Source: Ranitomeya imitator
Lineage: Eukaryota
NCBI RefSeq assembly: GCF_032444005.1
Contig: NC_091287.1
Span: 554,528,001-554,592,000, forward strand
Length of the DNA stretch: 64,000 nucleotides
Direction: 5' to 3'
The notes under the pieces are model-generated. The model ran no database searches, was not told where the DNA came from, and worked only from the letters and a program-made list of their open reading frames with translations. Positions 48,401-61,629 of the stretch are shown in pieces. A program made the translations under genes and the position numbers. Numbering within the stretch: the stretch's first letter is position 1; each line of letters starts with the position of its first letter.

Positions 48401-49788
48401 GTCATCCAGGAATCTTTGGTACCAGGGAGTTGGTTGCTAGATCCTTCTGGTGGCCATCTCTGTCACGGGATGTGCGTGCTTTTGTGCAGTCCTGTGGAAT
48501 TTGTGCTAGGGCTAAGCCCTGCTGTTCACGTGCCAGTGGGTTGCTTTTGCCCTTGCCGGTCCCGAAGAGGCCTTGGACACATATTTCGATGGATTTCATT
48601 TCTGACCTTCCCGTTTCTCAAAAGATGTCTGTCATTTGGGTGGTCTGTGATCGCTTTTCTAAAATGGTCCATCTGGTGCCCTTGGTTAAATTGCCTTCCT
48701 CCTCTGATTTGGTGCCTTTGTTCTTCCAGCATGTGGTTCGTTTACATGGCATTCCTGAGAATATTGTTTCTGACAGAGGTTCCCAGTTTGTCTCGAGGTT
48801 CTGGCGAGCCTTTTGTGGTAGGATGGGCATTGACCTATCTTTTTCCTCGGCCTTCCATCCTCAGACTAATGGCCAGACCGAACGAACCAATCAGACCTTG
48901 GAAACATATCTGAGATGTTTTGTTTCCGCTGACCAGGATGATTGGGTGTCATTTTTGCCGTTGGCTGAGTTCGCCCTTAATAATCGGGCCAGCTCGGCTA
49001 CCTTGGTCTCTCCATTTTTCTGCAATTCTGGGTTCCATCCTCGTTTCTCTTCAGGACAGGTTGAGTCTTCGGACTGTCCTGGTGTGGATTATGTGGTGGA
49101 CAGGTTGCAGCAGATCTGGACTCAGGTAGTGGACAATTTGACCTTGTCCCAGGAGAAGGCTCAGCTTTTCGCTAATCGCAGACGCCGTGTGGGACCCCGA
49201 CTTCGTGTTGGGGATCTGGTTTGGTTATCTTCTCGTCATATACCTATGAAGGTTTCCTCTCCTAAATTTAAACCTCGTTTTATTGGTCCGTATAGGATTT
49301 CTGAGATTCTCAATCCGGTGTCTTTTCGTCTGACCCTCCCAGACTCCTTTTCCATACATAATGTATTCCATAGGTCGTTGTTGAGGAGATACGTGGCACC
49401 TATGGTTCCATCTGTGGAGCCTCCTGCCCCTGTTTTGGTGGAGGGGGAATTGGAGTATATTGTGGAGAAGATTTTGGATTCTCGTGTCTCTAGACGGAAA
49501 CTCCAGTATCTGGTCAAATGGAAGGGTTATGCTCAGGAAGATAATTCCTGGGTTTTTGCCTCTGATGTCCATGCCCCAGATCTTGTTCGTGCCTTTCATG
49601 TGGCTCATCCTGGTCGGCCTGGGGGTTCTGGTGAGGGTTCGGTGACCCCTCCTCAAGGGGGGGGTACTGTTGTGAATTCTGTGGCTGAGTTCACTTCTGT
49701 GGTCACAAGTGGTATTGCAGTCTCTGGGCTTCCTCCCTCAGGTGTTTTGGTGAGCTCGTTGGCTGCCTTGCTATTTAGCTCCACCTGA
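45493..49788 (+). CDS. gag-pol: E2 Gag-PR-RT-RNaseH-IN-chromodomain polyprotein (likely functional start ATG 45607)
   Basis: No stop or frameshift; CFYCGDSTHAISNC, FVDSGA, YLDD, DAS/ELLA/TDH, H..C..C, MDF/SDRG/QTER, GPY, EYIVEKIL...VKWKGY. Confidence 0.97.
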   Translation: MISNRGKKEILTSFFFLSSVFSLFFPLDIRVLQDTAVDMDIQALCSSMDNLVVNVQKIQDTIDQKSMLEPRIPIPDLFFGDRTKFLSFRNNCKLFLALKPHSSGNPIQQVLIIISFLRGDPQDWAFSLAPGDSALSNVDAFFQALGLLYDEPNSVDQAEKNLLALCQGQDDVEVYCQKFRKWSVLTLWNESALAALFRKGLSEALKDVMVGFPMPAGLNESMSLAIQIGRRLRERKSVHHLAVLSGSKPEPMQCDRTMTKVERHEHRRLNRLCFYCGDSTHAISNCPKRTRRFDSSAVIGTVQSKFLLSITLMCSLSSYSVMAFVDSGAALNLMDLDYAKRCGFFLEPLRCPIPLRGIDATPLAKNKPQYWAQLTMCMAPAHQEVIRFLVLHNLHDVVVLGLPWLQTHNPVLDWNSMSVTSWGCQGVHGDVPFLSISSSIPSDIPEFLSDFQDVFEESKSDALPPHRNCDCAIDLIPGSKFPKGRLFNLSVPEHTAMRSYVKESLEKGHIRPSSSPLGAGFFFVAKKDGSLRPCIDYRLLNKITVKFQYPLPLISDLFARIKGASWFTKIDLRGAYNLVRIRQGDEWKTAFNTPEGHFEYLVMPFGLANAPSVFQSFMHDIFREYLDKFLIVYLDDILIFSDDWESHVKQVRMVFQVLRANSLFVKGSKCLFGVQKVSFLGFIFSPSTIEMDPVKVQAIQDWTQPTSLKSLQKFLGFANFYRRFICNFSSIARPLTDLTKKGADLVNWSSAAVEAFQELKRRFCCAPVLCQPDVSLPFQVEVDASEIGAGAVLSQRGSGCSVFKPCAFFSRKFSAAERNYDVGNRELLAMKWAFEKWRHWLEGAKHRVVVLTDHKNLTYLESAKRLNPRQARWSLFFARFDFVISYLPGSKNVKADALSRSFVPDSPGLSEPASILKEGVIVSAISPDLRRVLQKFQANKPDRCPAEKLFVPDRWTSKVISELHCSVLAGHPGIFGTRELVARSFWWPSLSRDVRAFVQSCGICARAKPCCSRASGLLLPLPVPKRPWTHISMDFISDLPVSQKMSVIWVVCDRFSKMVHLVPLVKLPSSSDLVPLFFQHVVRLHGIPENIVSDRGSQFVSRFWRAFCGRMGIDLSFSSAFHPQTNGQTERTNQTLETYLRCFVSADQDDWVSFLPLAEFALNNRASSATLVSPFFCNSGFHPRFSSGQVESSDCPGVDYVVDRLQQIWTQVVDNLTLSQEKAQLFANRRRRVGPRLRVGDLVWLSSRHIPMKVSSPKFKPRFIGPYRISEILNPVSFRLTLPDSFSIHNVFHRSLLRRYVAPMVPSVEPPAPVLVEGELEYIVEKILDSRVSRRKLQYLVKWKGYAQEDNSWVFASDVHAPDLVRAFHVAHPGRPGGSGEGSVTPPQGGGTVVNSVAEFTSVVTSGIAVSGLPPSGVLVSSLAALLFSST

Positions 49789-50415
49789 GTCTGTCTTCCT
49801 TGCTCCTTGTCAATGTTCCAGTGTTGGATCTGAGCTACTGCATCTTTCCTTGGGCCTGCTGCTCTGCTAGATAAGTGCTTCTAGTTTGTTTTCTGTTTTT
49901 TCTGTCCAGCTTGTTATTATCTTTTGCTGGAAGCTCTGAGAAGCAAAGGGGTGCACCGCCGTGCTGTTAGTTCGGCACGGTGGGTCTTTTTGCCCCTTTG
50001 CGTGGTTTTCGTTTTAGGGTTTTTTGTAGACTGCATAGTTCTCTTTGCTATCCTCGCTCTGTCTAGAATATCGGGCCTCACTTTGCTGAATCTATTTCAT
50101 TCCTACGTTTGTCTTTTCATCTTGCTAACAGTCATTATATGTGGGGGCTGCCTATTCCTTTGGGGTATTTCTCTGAGGTAAGTCAGGCTTGTATTTCTAT
50201 CTTCAGGCTAGTCAGCTCCTCAGGCAGTGCCGAGTTGCATAGGTAGTTGATAGGCGCAATCCACTGCTGCTTCCAGTTGTGTGAGGATAGATCAGGTACT
50301 GCAGTCTACAGAGATTCCACGTCTCAGAGCTTGTCCTATTGTTTTGGGTTATTGCCAGATCTCTGTATGTGCGCTGATTACTGCACGCTGTGTTGCCTGA
50401 TTGCCAGCCATAACA
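49668..50415 (+). repeat. E2 3' LTR
   Basis: 748-bp direct repeat of 44729-45475. Confidence 0.98.
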
Positions 50416-53400
50416 AGCAGTATTATAGCAGTTATATTCTTGTACATAGAGCAGTATTATAGTAGTTATATTCTTGTACATAGGGGCAGTATTATAGTAG
50501 TTATATTCTTGTACATAAGAGCAGTATTATAGTAGTTATAGTCTTGTACATAAGAGCAGTATTATAGTAGTTATATTCTTGTACACAGGGGCAGTATTAT
50601 AGTAGTTATATTCTTGTACATAGGGGCAGTATTATAGTAGTTATATTCTTGTACATAAGAGCAGTATTATAGTAGTTATATTCCTGTACATAGGGGCAGT
50701 ATTATAGTAGATATATTCTTGTACATAGGGGCAGTATTATAGTAGTTATATTCTTGTACATAAGAGCAGTATTATAGTAGTTATATTCCTGTACATAGGG
50801 GCAGTATTATAGTAGTTATATTCTTGTACATAAGAGCAGTATTATAGCAGTTATATTCTTGTACATAGGGTCAGTATTACAGTAGTTATATTCTTGTACA
50901 TAGTGAGCAGTATTATAGTAGTTATATTCTTGTACATAGGAGCAGTATTATAGTAGTTGTATTCTTGTACATAGGAGCAGTATTATAGTAGTTATATTCT
51001 TGTACATAGGAGCAGTATTATAGCAGTTATATTCTTGTACATAGAGCAGTATTATAGTAGTTATATTCTTGTACATAGGGGCAGTATTATAGTAGTTATA
51101 TTCTTGTACATAAGAGCAGTATTATAGTAGTTATAGTCTTGTACATAAGAGCAGTATTATAGTAGTTATATTCTTGTACACAGGGGCAGTATTATAGTAG
51201 TTATATTCTTGTACATAGGGGCAGTATTATAGTAGTTATATTCTTGTACATAAGAGCAGTATTATAGTAGTTATATTCCTGTACATAGGGGCAGTATTAT
51301 AGTAGATATATTCTTGTACATAGGGGCAGTATTATAGTAGTTATATCCTTGTACATAAGAGCATTATTATAGTAATTATATTCTTGTACATAAGAGCAGT
51401 ATTATAGTAGTTATATTCTTGTACATAGGGGCAGTATTATAGTAGTTATATTCTTGTACATAGGGGCAGTATTATAGTAGATATATTCTTGTACATAGGG
51501 GCAGTATTATAGTAGTTATATTCTTGTACATAGGAGCAGTATTATAGTAGTTATATTCTTGTACATAGGGGCAGTATTATAGTAGTATATTCTTGTACAT
51601 AGGAGCAGTATTATAGTAGTTATATTCTTGTACATAAGAGCAGTATTATAGTAGTTATATTCCTGTACATAGGGGCAGTATTATAGTAGTTATATTCTTG
51701 TACATAAGAGCAGTATTATAGCAGTTATATTCTTGTACATAGGGTCAGTATTATAGTAGTTATATTCTTGTACATAGTGAGCAGTATTATAGTAGTTATA
51801 TTCTTGTACATAGGAGCAGTATTATAGCAGTTGTATTCTTGTACATAGGAGCAGTATTATAGTAGTTATATTCTTGTACATAGGAGCAGTATTATAGCAG
51901 TTATATTCTTGTACATAGAGCAGTATTATAGTAGATATATTCTTGTACATAGGGAGCAGTATTATAGTAGTTGTATTCTTGTACATAGGTGCAGTATTAT
52001 AGTAGATATATTCTTGTATATAGGGGCAGTATTATAGCAGTTATATTCTTGTACATAGTGGTCAGTATTATAGTAGTTATATTCTTGTACATAGTGGTCA
52101 GTATTATAGTAGTTATATTCTTAAACATAGGAGCAGTATTATAGTAGTTGTATTCTTGTACATAGGAGCAGTATTATAGTAGTTATATTCTTGTACATAG
52201 GGGCAGTATTATAGTAGTTATATTCTTGTACATAGGAGCAGTATTATAGTAGTTATATTCTTGTACATAAGAGCAGTATTATAGTAGTTATATTCCTGTA
52301 CATAGGGGCAGTATTATAGTAGTTATATTCTTGTACATAGGGGCAGTATTATAGTAGTTATATTCTTGTACATAGGAGCAGTATTATAGTAGTTATATTC
52401 TTGTACATAAGAGCAGTATTATAGTAGTTATATTCCTGTACATAGGGGCAGTATTATAGTAGTTATATTCTTGTACATAAGAGCAGTATTATAGCAGTTA
52501 TATTCTTGTACATAGGGTCAGTATTATGGTAGTTATATTCTTGTACATAGTGAGCAGTATTATAGTAGTTATATTCTTGTACATAGGAGCAGTATTATAG
52601 TAGTTATATTCTTGTACATAGGAGCAGTATTATAGCAGTTATATTCTTGTACATAGAGCAGTATTATAGTAGTTATATTCTTGTACATAGGGGCAGTATT
52701 ATAGTAGTTATATTCTTGTACATAAGAGTAGTATTATAGCAGTTATATTCTTGTACATAGGGTCAGTATTATAGTAGTTATATTCTTGTACATAGTGAGC
52801 AGTATTATAGTAGTTATATTCTTGTACATAGGAGCAGTATTATAGTAGTTGTATTCTTGTACATAGGAGCAGTATTATAGTAGTTATATTCTTGTACATA
52901 GGAGCAGTATTATAGCAGTTATATTCTTGTACATAGAGCAGTATTATAGGAGATATATTCTTGTACATAGGGAGCAGTATTATAGTAGTTGTATTCTTGT
53001 ACATAGGTGCAGTATTATAGTAGATATATTCTTGTATATAGGGGCAGTATTATAGCAGTTATATTCTTGTACATAGTGGTCAGTATTATAGTAGTTATAT
53101 TCTTGTACATAGTGGTCAGTATTATAGTAGTTATATTCTTAAACATAGGAGCAGTATTATAGTAGTTGTATTCTTGTACATAGGAGCAGTATTATAGTAG
53201 TTATATTCTTGTACATAGGGGCAGTATTATAGTAGTTATATTCTTGTACATAGGAGCAGTATTAGAGTAGTTATATTCTTGTACATAAGAGCAGTATTAT
53301 AGTAGTTATATTCCTGTACATAGGGGCAGTATTATAGTAGTTATATTCTTGTACATAGGGGCAGTATTATAGTAGTTATATTCTTGTACATAGGAGCAGT

Positions 53401-56400
53401 ATTATAGTAGTTATATTCTTGTACATAAGAGCAGTATTATAGTAGTTATATTCCTGTACATAGGGGCAGTATTATAGTAGTTATATTCTTGTACATAAGA
53501 GCAGTATTATAGCAGTTATATTCTTGTACATAGGGTCAGTATTATAGTAGTTATATTCTTGTACATACTGAGCAGTATTATAGTAGTTATATTCTTGTAC
53601 ATAGGAGCAGTATTATAGTAGTTATATTCTTGTACATAGGAGCAGTATTATAGCAGTTATATTCTTGTACATAGAGCAGTATTATAGTAGTTATATTCTT
53701 GTACATAGGGGCAGTATTATAGTAGTTATATTCTTGTACATAAGAGCAGTATTATAGTAGTTATAGTCTTGTACATAAGAGCAGTATTATAGTAGTTATA
53801 TTCTTGTACATAGGGGCAGTATTATAGTAGTTATATTCTTGTACATAGGGGCAGTATTATAGTAGTTATATTCTTGTACATAAGAGCAGTATTATAGTAG
53901 TTATATTCCTGTACATAGGGGCAGTATTATAGTAGATATATTCTTGTACATAGGGGCAGTATTATAGTAGTTATATCCTTGTACATAAGAGCATTATTAT
54001 AGTAATTATATTCTTGTACATAAGAGCAGTATTATAGTAGTTATATTCTTGTACATAGGGGCAGTATTATAGTAGTTATATTCTTGTACATAGGGGCAGT
54101 ATTATAGTAGATATATTCTTGTACATAGGGGCAGTATTATAGTAGTTATATTCTTGTACATAGGAGCAGTATTATAGTAGTTATATTCTTGTACATAGGG
54201 GCAGTATTATAGTAGTTATATTCTTGTACATAGGAGCAGTATTATAGTAGTTATATTCTTGTACATAAGAGCAGTATTATAGTAGTTATATTCCTGTACA
54301 TAGGGGCAGTATTATAGTAGTTATTTTCTTGTACATAAGAGCAGTATTATAGCAGTTATATTCTTGTACATAGGGTCAGTATTATAGTAGTTATATTCTT
54401 GTACATAGTGAGCAGTATTATAGTAGTTATATTCTTGTACATAGGAGCAGTATTATAGTAGTTGTATTCTTGTACATAGGAGCAGTATTATAGTAGTTAT
54501 ATTCTTGTACATAGGAGCAGTATTATAGCAGTTATATTCTTGTACATAGAGCAGTATTATAGTAGATATATTCTTGTACATAGGGAGCAGTATTATAGTA
54601 GTTGTATTCTTGTACATAGAGCAGTATTATAGTAGATATGTTCTTGTATATAGGGGCAGTATTATAGCAGTTATATTCTTGTACATAGTGGTCAGTATTA
54701 TAGTAGTTATATTCTTGTACATAGTGGTCAGTATTATAGTAGTTGTATTCTTAAACATAGGAGCAGTATTATAGTAGTTGTATTCTTGTACATAGGAGCA
54801 GTATTATAGTAGTTATATTCTTGTACATAGGGGCAGTATTATAGTAGTTATATTCTTGTACATAAGAGCAGTATTATAGTAGTTATATTCCTGTACATAG
54901 GGGCAGTATTATAGTAGTTATATTCTTGTACATAGGGGCAGTATTATAGTAGATATATTCTTGTACATAGGGGCAGTATTATCGTAGTTATATTCTTGTA
55001 CATAGGAGCAGTATTATAGTAGTTATATTCTTGTACATAGGGGCAGTATTATAGTAGTTATATTCTTGTACATAAGAGCAGTATTATAGTAGTTATATTC
55101 CTGTACATAGGGGCAGTATTATAGTAGTTATATTCTTGTACATAAGAGCAGTATTATAGCAGTTATATTCTTGTACATAGGGTCAGTATTATAGTAGTTA
55201 TATTCTTGTACATAGTGAGCAGTATTATAGTAGTTATATTCTTGTACATAGGAGCAGTATTATAGTAGTTGTATTCTTGTACATAGGAGCAGTATTATAG
55301 TAGTTATATTCTTGTACATAGGAGCAGTATTATAGCAGTTATATTCTTGTACATAGAGCAGTATTATAGTAGATATATTCTTGTACATAGGGAGCAGTAT
55401 TATAGTAGTTGTATTCTTGTACATAGAGCAGTATTATAGTAGATATATTCTTGTATATAGGGGCAGTATTATAGCAGTTATATTCTTGTACATAGTGGTC
55501 AGTATTATAGTAGTTATATTCTTGTACATAGTGGTCAGTATTATAGTAGTTATATTCTTAAACATAGGAGCAGTATTATAGTAGTTGTATTCTTGTACAT
55601 AATAGCAGTATTATAGTAGTTATATTCTTGTACATAGGGGCAGTATTATAGTAGTTATATTCTTGTACATAGGAGCAGTATTATAGTAGTTATATTCTTG
55701 TACATAAGAGCAGTATTATAGTAGTTATATTCCTGTACATAGGGGCAGTATTATAGTAGTTATATTCTTGTACATAAGAGCAGTATTATAGCAGTTATAT
55801 TCTTGTACATAGGGTCAGTATTATAGTAGTTATATTCTTGTACATAGTGAGCAGTATTATAGTAGTTATATTCTTGTACATAGGAGCAGTATTATAGTAG
55901 TTGTATTCTTGTACATAGGAGCACTATTATAGTAGTTATATTCTTGTACATAGGAGCAGTATTATAGTAGATATATTCTTTTACATAGGGAGCAGTATTA
56001 TAGTAGTTGTATTCTTGTACATAGAGCAGTATTATAGTAGATATATTCTTGTATATAGGGGCAGTATTATAGCAGTTATATTCTTGTACATAGTGGTCAG
56101 TATTATAGTAGTTATATTCTTGTACATAGTGGTCAGTATTATAGTAGTTATATTCTTAAACATAGGAGCAGTATTATAGTAGTTGTATTCTTGTACATAG
56201 GAGCTGTATTATAGTAGTTATATTCTTGTACATAGGGAGCAGTATTACAGTAGTTGTATTCTTGTACATAGGGGCAGTATTATAGTAGTTATATTCTTTT
56301 ACATAGGAGCAATATTATAGTAGTTATATTCTTGTACATAGACGCAGTATTATAGCAGTTATATTCTTGTACATAGGAGCAGTATTATAGTAGTTGTATT

Positions 56401-59400
56401 CTTGTACATAGGAGCAGTATTATCGTAGTTATATTCTTGTACATAGGGAACAGTATTATAGTAGTTGTATTCTTGTACATAGGGGCAGTATTATAGTAGT
56501 TATACTCTTTTACATAGGAGCAGTAATATAGTAGTTATATTCTTGTACATAGAGGCAGTATTATAGTAGTTATTTTCTTGTACATAGGGACAGTATTATA
56601 ACAGTTATATTCTTGTACATAGGGGCAGTATTATAGTAGTTATATTCTTATACATAGGAGCAGTATTATAGTAGTTATATTCTTATACATAGGAGCAGTA
56701 TTATAGTAGTTATATTCTTGTATATAGGGGCAGTATTATAGCAGTTATATTCTTGTACATAGGAGCAGTATTATAGTAGTTATATTCTTGAACATAGGAG
56801 CAGTATTATAGTAGTTATATTCTTGCACATAGAAGCATTATTATAGTAGTTATATTCTTGTATATAGGAGCTGTATTATAGTAGTTATATTCTTGTACAT
56901 AGGAGCAGTATTATAGTAGTTATATTCTTGTACATAGAAGCGTTATTATAGTAGTTCTATTCTTGTATATAGGAGCTGTATTATAGTAGCTATATTCTTG
57001 TACATAGGGGCAGTATTATAGTAGTTATATTCTTGTATATAGGGGCAGTATTATAGCAGTTATATTCTTGTATATAGGGGCAGTATTATAGCAGTTATAT
57101 TCTTGTACATAGGAACAGTTTTATAGTAGTTATATTCTTGTACATAGGTGCAGTATTATAGTAGTTATATTCTTGTATAAAGGGAGCAGTATTATAGTAG
57201 GTATATTCTTGTACATAGGAACAGTATTATAGTAGTTATATTCTTGCACATAGGTGCAGTATTATAGTAGTTATATTCTTGTATATAGGGAGCAGTATTA
57301 TAGTAGTTATATTCTTGTACATAGGAACAGTATCATAGTAGTTATATTCTTGTACATAGGTGCAGTATTATAGTAGTTATATTCTTGTATATAGGGGCAG
57401 TATTATAGCAGTTATATTCTTGTACATAGGAGCAGTATTATAGTAGTTATATTCTTGTACATAGGAGCAGTATTATAGTAGTTATATTCTTGTACATAGG
57501 AGCAGTATTATAGTAGTTATATTCTTATACATAGGAGCAGTATTATAGTAGTTATATTCTTGTACATAGGGACAGTATTATAGCAGTTATATTCTTGTAC
57601 ATAGGAGCAGTATTATAGTAGAAAAAGCAGAAGTCCAGCGCGGGCGATGTCCGTAAAAAATACCCTTTATTCCATATTCGTTAAAAGCACATAAATCCAA
57701 AGTCCATCTTCATATCCATTATGGATATGAAGATGGACTTTGGATTTATGTGCTTTTAACGAATATGGAATAAAAGGTATTTTTTACGGACATCACCCGC
57801 GCTGGACTTCTGCTTTTTCTTCAAACTACTTGCTGCACTGCATGACCGTGCGCTGGGCCTGAGAGGAGGTGAACTGATCTTCGTTGCTTTTTCTTTTCCA
57901 GTATTATAGTAGTTATATTCTTGTACATTGGAGCAGTATTATAGTAGTTATATTCTTGTACATAGGAGCAGTATTATAGTAGTTATATTCTTGTACATAG
58001 GGACAGTATTATAGCAGTTATATTCTTGTACATAGGAGCAGTATTATAGTGTTATATTCCTGTACATAGGAGCAGTATTATAGTAGTTATATTCTTGTAC
58101 ACAGGACCAGTATTATAGTAGTTATATTCTTGTACATAGGGGCAGTATTATAGGTTTTATACTCTTTTACATAGGGACCATATTATAGCAGTTATATTCT
58201 TGTACATAGGAGCAGTATAATAGTAGTTATATTCTTGTACATAGGGGCAGTATTATAGTAGTTATGTTCTTGTACATAGGAGCAGTATTATTGTAGTTAT
58301 ATTCTTGAACATAGGGGCAGTATTATAGTAGTTATATTCTTGTACATAGGGGCAGTATTATAGTAGTTATATTCTTGTATATAGGGGCAGTATTATAGCA
58401 GTTATATTCTTGTATATAGGGGCAGTATTATAGCAGTTATATTCTTGTACATAGGAACAGTTTTATAGTAGTTATATTCTTGTACATAGGTGCAGTATTA
58501 TAGTAGTTATATTCTTGTATATAGGGAGCAGTATTATAGTAGGTATATTCTTGTACATAGGAACAGTATTATAGTAGTTATATTCTTGTACATAGGTGCA
58601 GTATTATAGTAGTTATATTCTTGTATATAGGGGCAGTATTATAGCAGTTATATTCTTGTACATAGGAGCAGTATTATAGTAGTTATATTCTTGAACATAG
58701 GAGCAGTATTATAGTAGTTATATTCTTGCACATAGAAGCATTATTATAGTAGTTCTATTCTTGTATATAGGAGCTGTATTATAGTAGTTATATTCTTGTA
58801 CATAGGAGCAGTATTATAGTAGTTATATTCTTGCACATAGAAGCAGTATTATAGTAGTTCTATTCTTGTATATAGGAGCTGTATTATAGTAGCTATATTC
58901 TTGTACATAGGGGCAGTATTATAGTAGTTATATTCTTGTATATAGGGGCAGTATTATAGCAGTTATATTCTTGTACATAGGAGCAGCATTATAGTAGTTA
59001 TATTCTTGAACATAGGAGCAGTATTATAATAGTTATATTCTTGTACATAGAAGCATTATTATAGTAGTTATATTCATGTACATAGGAGCAGTATTATAGT
59101 AGTTATATTCTTGTACATAGGAGCAGTATTATAGTAGTTATATTCTTGCACACAGGACCAGTATTATAGTAGCTATATTCTTGTACATAGGGGCAGTATT
59201 TTAGGTTTTATACTCTTGTACATAGGGACCGTATTATAGCAGTTATATTCTTGTACATAGGATCAGTATTATAGTAGTTATATTCTTGTACATAGGGGCA
59301 GTATTATAGTAGTTATGTTCTTGTACATAGGAGCAGTATTATAGTAGTTATATTCTTTTATATAGGGGCAGTATTATAGTAGTTATATTCTTGTACATAG

Positions 59401-60210
59401 GGGCAGTATTATAGTAGTTATATTCTTGTACATAGGAGCAGTATTATAGTAGTTATATTCTTGTACATAGGGGCAGTATTATAGTAGTTATATTCTTGTA
59501 CATAGGAGCAGTATTATAGTAGTTATATTCTTGTATATAGGGGGCAGTATTATAGTAGTTATATTCTTGTACATAGGAGCAGCATTATAGTAGTTATATT
59601 TTTGAACATAGGAGCAGTATTATAATAGTTATATTCTTGTACATAGAAGCATTATTATAGTAGTTATATTCATGTACATAGGAGCAGTATTATAGTAGTT
59701 ATATTCTTGTACATAGGAGCAGTATTATAGTAGTTATATTCTTGTACACAGGACCAGTATTATAGTAGCTATATTCTTGTATATAGGGGCAGTATTATAG
59801 CAGTTATATTCTTGTACATAGGGGCAGTATTATAGTAGTTATATTCTTGTATATAGGAGCAGTATTATAGTAGTTATATTCTTGAACATAGGAGCAGTAT
59901 TATAGTAGTTATATTCTTGTATATAGGGGCAGTATTATAGTAGTTATATTCTTGTATATGGGGGCAGTATTATAGCAGTTATATTCTTGTACATAGGTGC
60001 AGTATTATAGTAGTTATATTCTTGAACATAGGAGCAGTATTATAGTAGTTATATTCTTGTATATAGGGGCAGTATTATAGTAGTTATATTCTTGTACATA
60101 GAGAGCAGTATTATAATAGTTATATTTTTGTAAATAGGGGTCAGTATTATTTTCATTTGATTCATATACATGGGTGTTGTACATAAAGACAGTATAATAG
60201 TAGTTATATT
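50416..60210. repeat. 35-bp satellite array, right part; more diverged after ~56200
   Basis: Same unit, resuming in register after E2. Confidence 0.97.
57620..57898. repeat. Insertion with a 100-bp-arm inverted repeat (57620-57719 / 57721-57820) and a 78-bp tail
   Basis: Arms pair with two mismatches around a 1-nt spacer; flanked by CAGTATTATAGTA at 57608 and 57899. Confidence 0.95.
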
Positions 60211-60995
60211 ATTTTATCTAGGAGCCATCTCATAGGATAATTTTTCTTGTAGATGTGTGGAAGCATTATAGTCATATTATTAAACAAAAAAATCTACATG
60301 TAGGTACAGGAGTTTAATTTTGATCTGCCGAGTTTGATACAAATGAAAGTTTATTTTACTCACTTATTATATACATTTTACTATGCTACTAATATTTTTC
60401 TAGTAAATGTGTTGAAATGTCTTAATTACATATGGCTACACACTAGATCTGGGAAAGAGGTTGCAAAGTAAGTAGATTAATTGGTTGGTGACAGACAATA
60501 TAGTAACCAAGTTGAGATCAATTGCCATTGTGTGTGACTTAAGTTAAAACTCTTGCTAAACCTTACTGTCCAAAACTTTTTTATTTTTTTATTTTATTCG
60601 AATTTCAAAAAGTAATTTGGAAAAATACCTTCCATTTTGCTGTGACAAAATTCTTAGATCCTTTAAATAACTTCCAAAAACTGAAAATATTTTTAATGTT
60701 TTAATGTCTCTGTGTTACAATTTCATTTAAATGCCAAATAAAGTTGGACGGTAGATAAATGCTTTATGTAAGTTAAAACATTTGGGGACTAAATTAGACC
60801 CATGGCGGTTCCAGAAAAATGTAAAAACAAATAATTTCAGTATTTCTAGATCAGTTAAACATTTCAAAAAGTTGTAACTCACATTCAAATTTATCTTATT
60901 TTTCATATTAATTTGTAATTTTTTAGGCTATCTCTACTCTATTGTTACTCCTGTTTATTTCAACCATATCATATCCTTTGCTTGCTTGCTTTTAA

Positions 60996-61411
60996 AGAGA
61001 TTGTCTACTAATTAATAATTGATGATCTATCCTTTGGATAGGTCATCAATGTCTGATCGATCAGGGCTCCACATCTGGCAAGCCCGCTGAGCACTAGTTC
61101 TAGGGAATGGAGGTGGCGGCCGCCGGCTGGAACTGCTCAATTGAGGAGGTGCTCCGTCTTCTAAAAGCAGCTGCGGCACTGTACTGCACATCCACCTCCT
61201 ATTGATTTGAATTGGAGACGCATGTACAGAACCCTTCGGCGGCCGTTATGAGAAGATGGAGCAGCTCCGCTATTGAGCAGCATCGGCTGCCACTTCCAAC
61301 ACTAACAACAGCTGATTGGCAGGAGTGCAGAATGTTGGCCCTCAACCAATCGGACATTTAGAACTTATCCTTAGAATAGGTCATCAATGATAAAGTAGTG
61401 GACAAACTCTT
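60996..61411. mobile_element. Degenerate TTAA-flanked MITE (T2/Kolobok-like)
   Basis: TTAA-AGAGATTGTCTACT ... AGTGGACAAACTCTT-TTAA; imperfect internal symmetry. Confidence 0.55.
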
Positions 61412-61629
61412 TTAATGACCATATTATGTTAAATTTGAATTATTATAATTTTTTAATTGTGTCCTGGTCTGAGTTTCAAACCCTTGAATCTGTGCTTTGT
61501 GGTCAACTTCTCTGTCCCCCGAATCGCAGAAGTTACACTTTTTCTCCTGGTGTTTAGTTTCTGTATTCCTTGCTTCAGTCGTTTTAGAGTAAGTGGTGTT
61601 TTCATTTACTCTTTTGTTTCACCTATCAC

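Larger units (their letters stand above)
44729..50415 (+). mobile_element. Full-length, coding-intact Ty3/Gypsy chromovirus LTR retrotransposon (E2)
   Basis: LTRs 44729-45475 and 49668-50415; PPT AAGGGGGGGG 49655-49664; AGCAG(T) duplicated on both sides; one uninterrupted ORF. Confidence 0.98.
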
